From: Lama guanicoe
Lineage: Eukaryota
NCBI GenBank assembly: GCA_013239625.1
Contig: MU054194.1
Location: 176,015 to 196,014, forward strand
DNA: 20,000 nt
Direction: 5' to 3'
Shown here: piece by piece, positions 11,660 through 20,000 of the stretch
Layout: the number at the start of each line of letters is the position of its first letter
Numbering within the stretch: the first letter of the stretch is position 1
The notes under the pieces: model-generated
Database searches by the model: none
Told to the model about the DNA's origin: nothing
What the model saw: only the letters and a program-made list of their open reading frames with translations
Translations under genes and position numbers: made by a program

Positions 11660-12428
11660 TTTTGTAATCGAATAGTTGATTTACATCATATTAGTTTCAG
11701 GTGTACAACACAGAGGCTCAACATTTTTATAGATTATATTCCATTTAAAGTCACCATAAAATAATGGCTATATTTCCCTGTGCTGTATGATACATCCCTG
11801 TAACCTATCCATTTTATACGCAGTACTTTTTACCTCTCAATCCCTTACCCCCATCCTGCCTCCCCTCTCCTCCTTCTCCTCATTGGTAACCGCTAGTCTG
11901 TTCTGTGTACCTGTGAGTCTATATCTGTTTTCTTATAGTTATTAATTTGTCTTTTTAGATATACATATAAGTTAATACATAGAATATTTGTTTTTCTTTC
12001 TCTGACTTACTTCACTTAGCATAATATCCTGTAGGTCCATTCATGTTATTGCAAATGGCATTATTTTATTTTTTGTGGCTGAGCAGTTTTCCATTGTGTG
12101 TGTTTGCATGTGTTTATATGTGTGTGTGTGTGTATGTATATATATATATATATATAAATAAAATATACCACACCATCTTTATCCAGTCATCTGTCAGTGA
12201 ACATTTGGGTTGTATCTCTGTCTTGGCTATTGTAAATAGTGCTGCTATGAACATTGGGGTGCATGTGTCTTTTTGAATTATAATTTTCTCCAGGCATATG
12301 TCCACGAATGGGATTGCTGGATCAAATGGAAGTCTATTTTTTGTTTTTTAAGGAACCTCTATACTGTCCTCCATAGTGGCTGCACCAATTTTCATTCCCA
12401 CCAACCGTGTAGGAGGGTTCCTTTTTCT
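11660..12428 (-). mobile_element. LINE-1 3' fragment (end of ORF2 plus 3' UTR)
   Basis: Minus ORF 12114-12305 ([18 protein letters not shown]...QPKCSLTDDWIKMVWY) is the L1 ORF2p C-terminus. 3' UTR motifs ttagtttcaggtgtacaaca and ttccctgtgctgta. L1 similarity stops abruptly near 12428. Confidence 0.92.
12095..12156. repeat. compound (TG)n(TA)n microsatellite inside the L1
   Basis: tgtgtgtg...tgtgtgtgtgtgtatgtatatatatatatatatata. Confidence 0.9.
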
Positions 12429-13165
12429 CTTAAAAGGTCAAAAAGTCTCTACCTTTATATACTTTCCTTACAGTTTAGGACACAATTTGGCAAAAGCCGG
12501 ATAGAATTTAATAGCTGTAAATACAGTATTTTTTTAAATGGCCATGCAATATGGATAGATATGTTACTGATGAGTTGGTTCCCTATATTTGTAGATGTAG
12601 AAATTTTTATAGCTTCACAAACATTTCAGTCTTGCAGAGAGAAAAATTTATTTGCATTTTGCTTAACTTGTCTGGGTGGTTTTATCGAATTTGGTCCAGG
12701 CCTGCAGAGGTGAATACACATCCAAACCTGAACTATTTGAATGTCTGCAAGATTTTAAAAGTCTAGAATGTCAGATCTGGACTATAACTCTGGAAAATGA
12801 CATCAGTGAGTGGGACTCAAGAAAACTCCATTTGAGTCAAAACCTTTCATAAGTCAATAAAGGCTTTGAAATTGTGGGAAAGCCAGAGACTTTTGTGCAA
12901 CAAAAATGGCCACAAACCCATGGGGACAACCACAGGCCTTCTGGAGTGCCAAGGGAATTCCATGTGAGAAATCCAGCACCCACAGGGATCCAACACGTCC
13001 CTGCCAGCCAGAGCACATTCATTGCTACTGTGCTGTTTTGAGCAAATGTCTTTTCATCAGGTTCAAATTGGTTTGTTGTTATTTTTTGCATAAAAAAATA
13101 TCAAACCACTTCTTGTTCCCTTGGTGAAATTTAAAAGCCTAACAATTTCTGATTTCTTTTGACAG

Positions 13166-13231
13166 AGAGAAACATGAGCCTATGAATCTAACTTCATCTG
13201 TGATGGTCTGCAGCTGGGAGCAACCAGATCA
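13166..13231 (+). pseudogene. ANO6: ANO6 (TMEM16F) exon 4-like copy with in-frame stop
   Basis: tttcttttgacAG acceptor, 66 nt, GT donor at 13232. Translates RET*AYESNFICDGLQLGATRS versus recalled human RKRQAYESNLICHGLQLEATRS. TGA at 13175-13177. Confidence 0.88.
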
Positions 13232-14109
13232 GTGTCAGTCCCATTTCAGCCATTGGCTGGGAGCCTGCATGTTACCTGGAATGACATTTGGAACATGTCA
13301 CCCCAGCCACACATTCTCTGTGGGCTGGAAGGGGAGTCAGTCAGAATCTGCATTATGGAATGTATGTTTCAGATTCAAAGCTAGGAGATCTTTTTTAATA
13401 GCCAGAGAATGTAGTCATAAATATATCTATTAATGTGTTTCTGCAAGAACCTTTTTAAAGATTTTTTATTATAAAAATTTACCCCTAAAATTGAAAATGT
13501 AAGAATAGTGGAATTAAAAGTCATCTATGCCTTAATTATCCATAAAGACACTTAAAATTCTTCTAAACTTTTTTTTTGACCAAATGTGGATATTTTTCCT
13601 TTCCAAAATGGAAATTATTATTTCACATTTTATTGCTTTTTCTTTTTATTAGATATTCCACATCAATAAAAATAATTCTTTTAAATCCTTTTTAAAGGCT
13701 GTTTAACACTATATTGAACCGATATGTAAATAGTCCTACGTTTGAGAAATTTAAAAAATTGTCATTACAATACCACTGCAAAGAATATTTTAGTGTTTTT
13801 ATTTTTAGTTACTAATTTGGACTAAAAATTAACAAGTTTGCTTTTCTTCATCTAAAACATTGGTCATTTTATGAATGAACTGTAAGGATTTTAAATAACT
13901 TTAGTAATTTCAACAAAGAAATTATCTTTAAGGCAAAAATGTATGATGGTTTGCAAATCTATTTTTATTATATCTTCACTTTTACCAGTGTCATATGTGT
14001 CTGTGTTTGCACACGTGCTTTCACTACCAGCAATGTAAGAAAAATCTGTGTACTAAAAAAAGTGAAGATAGTTAGTTTCCTGGTTTGTGTTTTCATTCTC
14101 CCAATATAG

Positions 14110-14397
14110 GTTTTGGATGACAAGCTTGTATTTGCTAAAGTACACAGCCTGTGGGAGGTGCTGTGTACATACGCTGAGATACTGCACATAAAATTGCCTC
14201 TGAAGCCCAATGATCTGAAAACCAGGTCCTCAGCCTTTGATAATTTCAGCTGTTTTATGAAAGTCCTCCAAGTGGATGAAAGTATCATCAACCCAGAGCA
14301 AGAGTTTTTCACTGCCCTATTTGAGAAGACCTGCGTGAATGACTTTTATATTCATGATAGAGATACATTCTTCAATCCAGCCACCAGAAGCCGCATT
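14110..14397 (+). pseudogene. ANO6: ANO6 exon 5-like copy (cytosolic N-terminal domain)
   Basis: AG at 14108-14109 and GTAAGT at 14398; 288 nt, open. VLDDKLVFAKVHSLWEVLCTYAEILHIKLPLKPNDLK...PEQEFFTALFEK...DRDTFFNPATRSRI matches ANO6 (VLDDKLVFVKVHAPWEVLCTYAEIMHIKLPLKPNDLK...FFNPATRSRI). Confidence 0.93.
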
Positions 14398-14623
14398 GTA
14401 AGTCTAAACCGAGTTTAGCTGCTGTCTTGGGGGTGATTCAGAACCTGCTGTTGAATTATCAGTGATTTGGTTTGGTTGGTTTGGTTTGGTTTTTAAAAGC
14501 TGCCCATAAAAATGAAAAAAGAGAAAGAAAAGAAATATGCCTACAGATTCCTGTTAGGATAGTAAATAGTGGCTGGTTAGTTACCCTGTATAAACCACAC
14601 AGTCTCTTTTAGAATCTTTTTAG

Positions 14624-14737
14624 GTTTACTTTATCCTTTCTCAGATCAAGTATCAAGTAAGGGGCAGTGTTAAAAAATTCAGGATTAACAGCCTTGTGAG
14701 CTCCGGGATCTGCAAGGCAGCTTTCCCTCCCCATGGT
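14624..14737 (+). pseudogene. ANO6: ANO6 exon 6-like copy
   Basis: ttttTAG acceptor, 114 nt, GTAAAT donor. VYFILSQIKYQVRGSVKKFRINSLVSSGICKAAFPPHG versus recalled VYFILSRVKYQVINNVSKFGINRLVNSGIYKAAFPLHD. The conserved anoctamin FPLHD motif is altered. Confidence 0.9.
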
Positions 14738-14859
14738 GTAAATCAAATGGCCAAAATGAAATAAAGCACCTCATGTATCCTCTAGTATTAACAGGAAAGG
14801 GCTAATTTTCTTGACCTTGTTTCTTCCTGGGTGAAATGAATAAATGAAATGTCAGGAGG

Positions 14860-14958
14860 CGACAAGCTCATTTAGGGCTGGAACCATGTTGTCGTGTTCA
14901 CTGCTGAATCCCAGGCACCGAGAAGGCCGAGTTTAAATGAGTGAGTGAATGAATGAAC
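14860..14958 (+). mobile_element. L2 3' end fragment
   Basis: gttcactgctgaatcccaggcacc...gagtgagtgaatgaatgaa is typical of the L2 tail. Confidence 0.55.
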
Positions 14959-14983
14959 TGTAGTTCCCCCAGAGTTACCATGT

Positions 14984-15420
14984 GGGGCAGTGCGGATTAG
15001 CAGCTAAGAGCATAGACTCGAGATGGAAGGGTACAGCTCAAGTGATGGGGTGCACGCTTAGCACGCATAAGGTCCTGGGTTCAGCCCCCAACACCTCCTC
15101 TAAAATAGACAAATAACCCTAATTACCTCCCCACACCCCACCAGAATTAGCTTATTATCTCCCCGCCACCAAAAAAAAAAAAAAAAAAAAAAAGGAAAGT
15201 GGCCAAGAGCTTAGACTCAGGCTGGAACACCTGTGCTGGTTTCTCGCTGTAGACCTTGTGAAAGTTATTAAGCCTCTGTGTTTATCAAGTTCCTCATCAA
15301 TAAAATGGGGATAATAATACTACCCACTTAGTAGAGTTGCTAAGGGGATTAATGAATCTGTGTCAATGTTAGAACAGCCCTGGCTAATATTAAGTACTAT
15401 GCATCTGTCAGCTCATTTCA
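14984..15420 (+). mobile_element. MIR SINE interrupted by a younger SINE
   Basis: 5' part gcagtgcggattagcagctaagagcatagactc resumes after the insert with gaccttgtgaaagttattaagcctctgtg...gttcctcatcaataaaatggggataataatactacc. Confidence 0.8.
15020..15204 (+). mobile_element. tRNA-derived SINE (Vic-1-like) with poly(A) tail, nested in the MIR
   Basis: GGAAGGGTACAGCTCAAGTG...GGTCCTGGGTTCAGCCCC, poly(A) at 15171-15193. 14-bp TSD with 1 mismatch: AAGAGCATAGACTC at 15006-15019 and AAGAGCTTAGACTC at 15205-15218. Confidence 0.88.
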
Positions 15421-15531
15421 TAATTACTGACGGATGTTATTATCAATCAAAGAAGTATTAGTTCTTTGTAAGCGAAATATATGTTAGACCATTTCATTTA
15501 TCATTTTCTATAATTCAGGCTTTTTCCCTCA

Positions 15532-15703
15532 TTCTGATTGAAATGAAGGAAATAACACAGTCTTGAAATCGGGAGACACAGGGGGAAGTGAGTCAAGAAA
15601 GCTATCTTTGAGTAGGTGACTTGTGAGCTGAGATGTGGATAGTGAAAAGGAGGCCAGATTTTGAAGATCTGGGAAAAGTCATCCCAGGGATAGAGGCAGC
15701 TTG
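15532..15703 (+). repeat. 172-bp direct repeat, copy 1
   Basis: Matches 17783-17954 at 171 of 172 positions by manual comparison (C15562 versus G17813). Confidence 0.95.
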
Positions 15704-16957
15704 ACCGCATGAAATGAAGTTTTTAAAATATGGCTGCTTCAGACGCTTAATGATGCCATAAATGCAAGGGTGTTATATCTAAGCTCTTTAAATAAATCCT
15801 GCCATTGAAATAAAGGAAATACTATATTATAGTGCTCTATGACTTTATCTTCACTATCCATTTATCTGACTGTCTAAGACTAAAGAAAGCAAAGACAGAT
15901 TGATCATTACTACTGTGTGGTACACGTATTTGTGGATGAAGACAATGCTGAAATGCACTGTTTAAGATATTAAAATGGACACTAAACAGCTGCTTGATAC
16001 ACATGTGTGAACAGAACAGGGAGCTGGGTGCAGGGAGCAGACACTGAGCTTCCTGGATGAGAGACCCAGCATAGCAGTCCAGCCCAGCAGTCCACATGTC
16101 TTATATTTATGCCCCAGCAAAATTAGCAGTGAGAGTCTGAAATGAACTTTGGGGACACTTGCAAACAGCTGTCATGATAACTAATGTGGGACACCAGGAT
16201 TCTACAGTGTTTAGTTGGCATCTGCGCACGGCCAGTTCTTTTCCACTAAAGCCTCTTGTAATTGCTGTTCCCACATCCAGGCTGAGGAATCATCTCATGT
16301 GGTGTTTGGGAGGGAGGTAAGTGGAGTCAGGACCCATGTTAAGGCTGGGTGGGTGATAATCTGGTTCTAGTACAGGAGGAAGGAAAGTAGGTCAGATGGG
16401 AAGGAGAATGACTGGATTTAAAGTTTCTTGAGTAAATATATAACATCATGTCAAGTTTCTTTGTTGTTTATATTCCATGTGCTGTCACCGAATAACTACT
16501 GAATTGTGGGGACAAAAAAGCCTGGGTTTTAAAATTGACCCTGCCCCTAACCAGCCAGAGTTCAGGCTCCTCTGGGTGTCCAAGGAGGGGGCTGGACCGT
16601 CAGGTGTCCCTCCACTGCAGCAGTTTGGGCACTTGGGTGGCCTAGGTTTCTTGCTGTGTAAGACTGGCCTGGTTGTAGGAGATTAAGCATCTGCAAGGCT
16701 CTCACCAGGTACCCACGGTGGTCCCAGGACTGTAACATCCAAGCGTTCCTTTCCACCCACGTTTGCAAATGACCCTCAAGGGGTTAGCATTAGCCCTGGG
16801 TGAGAATTAAAAAAAATTATATGGTACTTCCATCCCCTCTGGCAAGTGAGGGCCCCTTATTTACAAATGACCACGAAGTTTTAGCACCACATTTTATCAA
16901 CAGAACATGTGAACACGTAGTGATGGTGACGCTCACCTGTTTGCTTCTGCTTCCCAG

Positions 16958-17071
16958 TGCAAATTCAGCCTCTGTCAGAGGACCTCAGCTGCCCCAACGA
17001 ACAGGGCCTTTGTACAGGGAATGGGCTCTTCCTCAAAGCATATACAAGAAGCAGCCCTTGGATCTCATCAA
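16958..17071 (+). pseudogene. ANO6: ANO6 exon 7-like copy with two frameshifts
   Basis: ttctgcttcccAG acceptor and GTGAGA donor at 17072. ANO6 similarity is split over three frames (CKFS / LSEDLSCPNEQGL / YREWALPQSIYKKQPLDLI) versus recalled CKFRRQSEDPSCPNERYLLYREWAHPRSIYKKQPLDLIR. This implies two 1-nt deletions near 16971 and 17011. Confidence 0.92.
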
Positions 17072-17099
17072 GTGAGATGTTGTGGAGAGCACTCCAGTG

Positions 17100-17535
17100 G
17101 GAAGGGCTCAGGGTTGCCCACATGGCATCTGAGTTGACAGTCCTCCAAGAGTGTTACCAACCAGGAAGCTCACAGGAGCTCTGAGCTTTGTTGCCCCAAG
17201 TTTTTACTGGAGGCTTTATTACAAAGGCACAATTGATTGAGTCACTAACGACATGGCTAACCCAAACCCTAACTGTAACTCAAACCTTTCCTTAGCCCTG
17301 GCCCTTGAGCCCCTTCCTCTCCTGGTGGTCACTCACCTGTCACAAAGCTCAAAGCCCCACTCCTCTAAACAAGGTTGGTGTCCTGGCCAGTCCCGATCCT
17401 GAGTCATCTCATGAGCACAAGCCATCCAAGGGTCCACCATGAATAACAAAAACACTCCTATCTGGGGAAATTTCAAGGCTTTAGAGGTTGCCGTCCAGGA
17501 ACTGGGACCAAAGACCTCCCAAATTCTTCATTAAA
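17100..17535 (-). mobile_element. MER21-like LTR fragment
   Basis: accaaccaggaagctc, tttttactggaggctttattacaaaggcacaattgattgagtca and ggaaatttcaaggctttagagg...ccaggaactgggaccaaagacc resemble the MER21 LTR consensus. Strand and boundaries approximate. Confidence 0.65.
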
Positions 17536-17782
17536 CCGGAGTAAATGTTAGATTTCACTTAAATTATAAAATAAGAGAGAAAGTCTCACTGCTTTGCTGT
17601 ATCTGCTGTCTGACACCGTCCCACTACACCATGTGACTGTAACATCTCGCTCAGCATGGCTCTTAGAGCACCAACATCGGCTGCTCCCCGTGAGCTTATG
17701 CTGTTTGGCAAGGTGGCTGGGGAGAGGGAGACCAAGAACAACTGAGCAAACAAACATACCTGGGCAAATAAGGAAACTAAAC

Positions 17783-17954
17783 TTCTGATTGAAATGAAGG
17801 AAATAACACAGTGTTGAAATCGGGAGACACAGGGGGAAGTGAGTCAAGAAAGCTATCTTTGAGTAGGTGACTTGTGAGCTGAGATGTGGATAGTGAAAAG
17901 GAGGCCAGATTTTGAAGATCTGGGAAAAGTCATCCCAGGGATAGAGGCAGCTTG
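17783..17954 (+). repeat. 172-bp direct repeat, copy 2 (probable donor)
   Basis: Near-identical to 15532-15703 and continues into L2-like sequence on its right. Confidence 0.95.
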
Positions 17955-18340
17955 TCCAATGGCCCCGAGGCACAAATGCATTCGGCACGTTCGAGGAGAT
18001 ACTGGAGCCAGTGCTGCTGAGAATGATGAGATGTGAGGTTTAGAAGGGCATCAGAAGCACGGAAAGGAGTGTAGACTCTAAGTGCAGTGAGAAGCAGTCA
18101 TGATAATTTAAGCACTAGTGTAATTTTCTCTGGCTCACATTTTGCAAAGATAATGGGGAGAATGAATTGCAGGGACCCAGGAAGCAGGGAGGCCGGGTAG
18201 GAGGCTCTTGGAGAGGGCCAGATGAGAGATGGTGGGAGCCAGGGAGGAATGCATTTGGGGAGTGGAGCTGACACGATGCAATTATGAGCTGGCTGTGGAT
18301 GGTGACGAGAAGAGGAAGGTCAAGGTAGCCCCAGGTAGGC
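17825..18340 (-). mobile_element. L2 fragment
   Basis: Purine-rich gagtaggtgacttgtgagctgaga...gggaaaagtcatcccaggg...tctaagtgcagtgagaagc...ggtaggaggct...ccagatgagagatggtg is typical of reverse-strand L2. Confidence 0.6.
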
Positions 18341-18459
18341 CTGGAGCCAGGTGCCTGTTCTTTCTAATCTCAGTGCCCCATGCAGGTGCCCACCTACTTG
18401 GGCAAACCTCCTTATCTTCAAAGTGAGAGTTTTAAAACACTGTGAAGTGTTTTTGTTTG

Positions 18460-19270
18460 TTTCACATTTTATGGAAAATTTCAAACATCTACAAAAGTAG
18501 AGAGAACAGCACAGCTAGCCTGTCTGTATCAGTCACCCAGCTCTAGAATTATAAACTCAGAGTCACTGTTGTTGCATCTTTTATCTCCACCTCCTCCCCT
18601 CCCCCACTACAGGATCATTTTCAAGACAATCCTACATAGCTTAACCTTTCATTAGTGAAATGACAAGGTCTCTTTCAAATACAATTGGAATATTCCTTTT
18701 TTTTAGGGTTACAAAATAATTCCCTGATTGTCACAAAAATAGATGTTTAAGTAGTTTTTGGATTGCAATCAGGATATAGACTATGTTCAGACATTGCAGC
18801 TAACATATCTCTCAAGTGGGTTCTAATCTATAATTTTCCTGTTTCTCGTTTTCCTCGAAATTGTTGAGGGGTTTCTCTATTTTTTGTTTGGCTGATTTCA
18901 TTCTCCCCTGTGGTGTTAGACTTGTTTCTCCATCCTATGTATTGGCTTTAGCTAAGTGATTTGATCCTCCCCTAAAAGCTTGATCTGATTGAGGTTCAAC
19001 TTTGTGCAAGAATACTTGTTATGAGAAGTTTTGTACTCCTCTCATAAGGTACATAATGTCCAGTTGTCTCTCTTTTTTGTGATGACAGCAGCCAGTAATG
19101 ATTGTCATTTAGGATCATTATTTCATAAGGGATTTTATTTCATATGGTCATATACTAATGTCCTCTCTCATTTATCAACAGGATCACAGTCATGAAGAGG
19201 CACTTTCTCATTAACCTGGGTTATCCTGTAGAACACAGTTTTAAGAGGATGTTTGTACATATGTAAATAC
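18460..19270 (-). mobile_element. old L1 (L1MC/L1ME-type) 3' fragment
   Basis: ttttatggaaaatttcaaacatctacaaaagtagagagaacagcaca...tcacccagctc is characteristic of ancient L1M 3' ends. Confidence 0.6.
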
Positions 19271-19282
19271 TTAAGGTTGATA

Positions 19283-19394
19283 CTTTTTTCTTTTCTTTTT
19301 AAATATTTGTTTTCTAATGGAGATACTGGAGATTGAATCCAGGACATCATGCATGCTGAGCACACATTCTTCCACTGAGTGTAACCCATCCCTC
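19283..19394 (-). mobile_element. tRNA-derived SINE (Vic-1-like, more diverged)
   Basis: atggagatactggagattgaatccaggacatcatgcatgctgagcacacattcttccactgagtgtaacccatccc is the reverse complement of the same SINE head, preceded by a T-rich tail. Confidence 0.8.
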
Positions 19395-19524
19395 TTGAGA
19401 TTCATATTTATATGATGTTTTCCTTCTGTTATTATTGTTTTACGTTATATAGTATTTGATGGCAGGGCGATGGGTTTGATGGCTCTTTAATCATTCTTTA
19501 TGGGCTTTTGGGGTTCGTGTGTGT

Positions 19525-19575
19525 NNNNNNNNNNNNNNNNNNNNNNNNNNNNNNNNNNNNNNNNNNNNNNNNNNN
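19525..19575. other. assembly gap (51 N) adjoining a (GT)n tract
   Basis: Run of N preceded by gtgtgtgt. Confidence 0.99.
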
Positions 19576-19712
19576 ACATGGACATCACTCATTGCCACAT
19601 GTTTTTCTCTGTGAATTTATCATAACATTTTGTGTATATTTCCCTGTGCTATACAGTGTAATCTTGTTTATCTGTTCTACAATTTTGAAATCCCATCCCA
19701 GCCCACCCTCCG
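19576..19712 (-). mobile_element. L1 3' UTR fragment
   Basis: atatttccctgtgctatacagtgtaatcttgtttatctgttct shares the motif seen in the L1 3' UTRs near 2725 and 11775. Confidence 0.5.
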
Positions 19713-20000
19713 ATTATAGTCTTGCTCTTAAATAATCAGATGTGCAAATTACAATTATAAGAAGAAAGGCATCTGTCACTGGGAGCAGCAAACAGAAAAC
19801 CTTAAGCCACATCCTTGACAGAGTGAAGAAGTAGGTCTGCACTGGTTAGGAAGGACCATGTTCCTTCTTCAAAACATTTCACTGGTGTTGGGAAATCTTG
19901 CCCAAGCCTGAAGATGACTCTCTTTGCTTGAAGACCTGACAAATTTGTAATCTCCCAAATCCAAATGTAAAATCATCGAGCCATAATCAGTAGGACCCAT

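Noticed and set aside
14113..14418. ORF as part of a functional ANO6 CDS
   Set aside because: Neighbouring exons carry a stop and frameshifts, and conserved residues are altered.
15501..17988. Two minus-strand ORFs sharing the peptide SCLYPWDDFSQIFKIWPPF...
   Set aside because: A by-product of the 172-bp duplication of L2-like DNA, not a gene family.
1..20000. Prokaryotic-type systems (CRISPR arrays, operons, defence islands)
   Set aside because: The sequence is mammalian intron/repeat DNA with no regularly spaced repeat-spacer array or dense ORF organisation.

Overview
Mammalian genomic DNA, most likely from a camelid, judging by four tRNA-derived SINEs that resemble the camelid Vic-1 family (recalled, not searched). 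There is no intact protein-coding gene. The main content is a mosaic of unprocessed gene fragments on the + strand. A copy of KLHL2 coding exon 2 (11014-11138) is followed about 2 kb later by four consecutive ANO6/TMEM16F exons (approximately exons 4-7, 13166-17071). These exons keep AG/GT splice sites but carry an in-frame stop, two 1-bp deletions and substitutions in conserved motifs. KLHL2 and ANO6 are unlinked in human, so this looks like a chimeric segmental-duplication pseudogene. A CpG island of unidentified origin lies at about 1150-2500. A 172-bp near-perfect direct duplication (15532-15703 and 17783-17954) brackets the last ANO6 exon. The rest is ordinary interspersed repeats (L1, L2, MIR, MER33, MER21-like LTR), microsatellites and a 51-N assembly gap. 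Gene and repeat identities come from recalled sequences and need BLAST/RepeatMasker confirmation.
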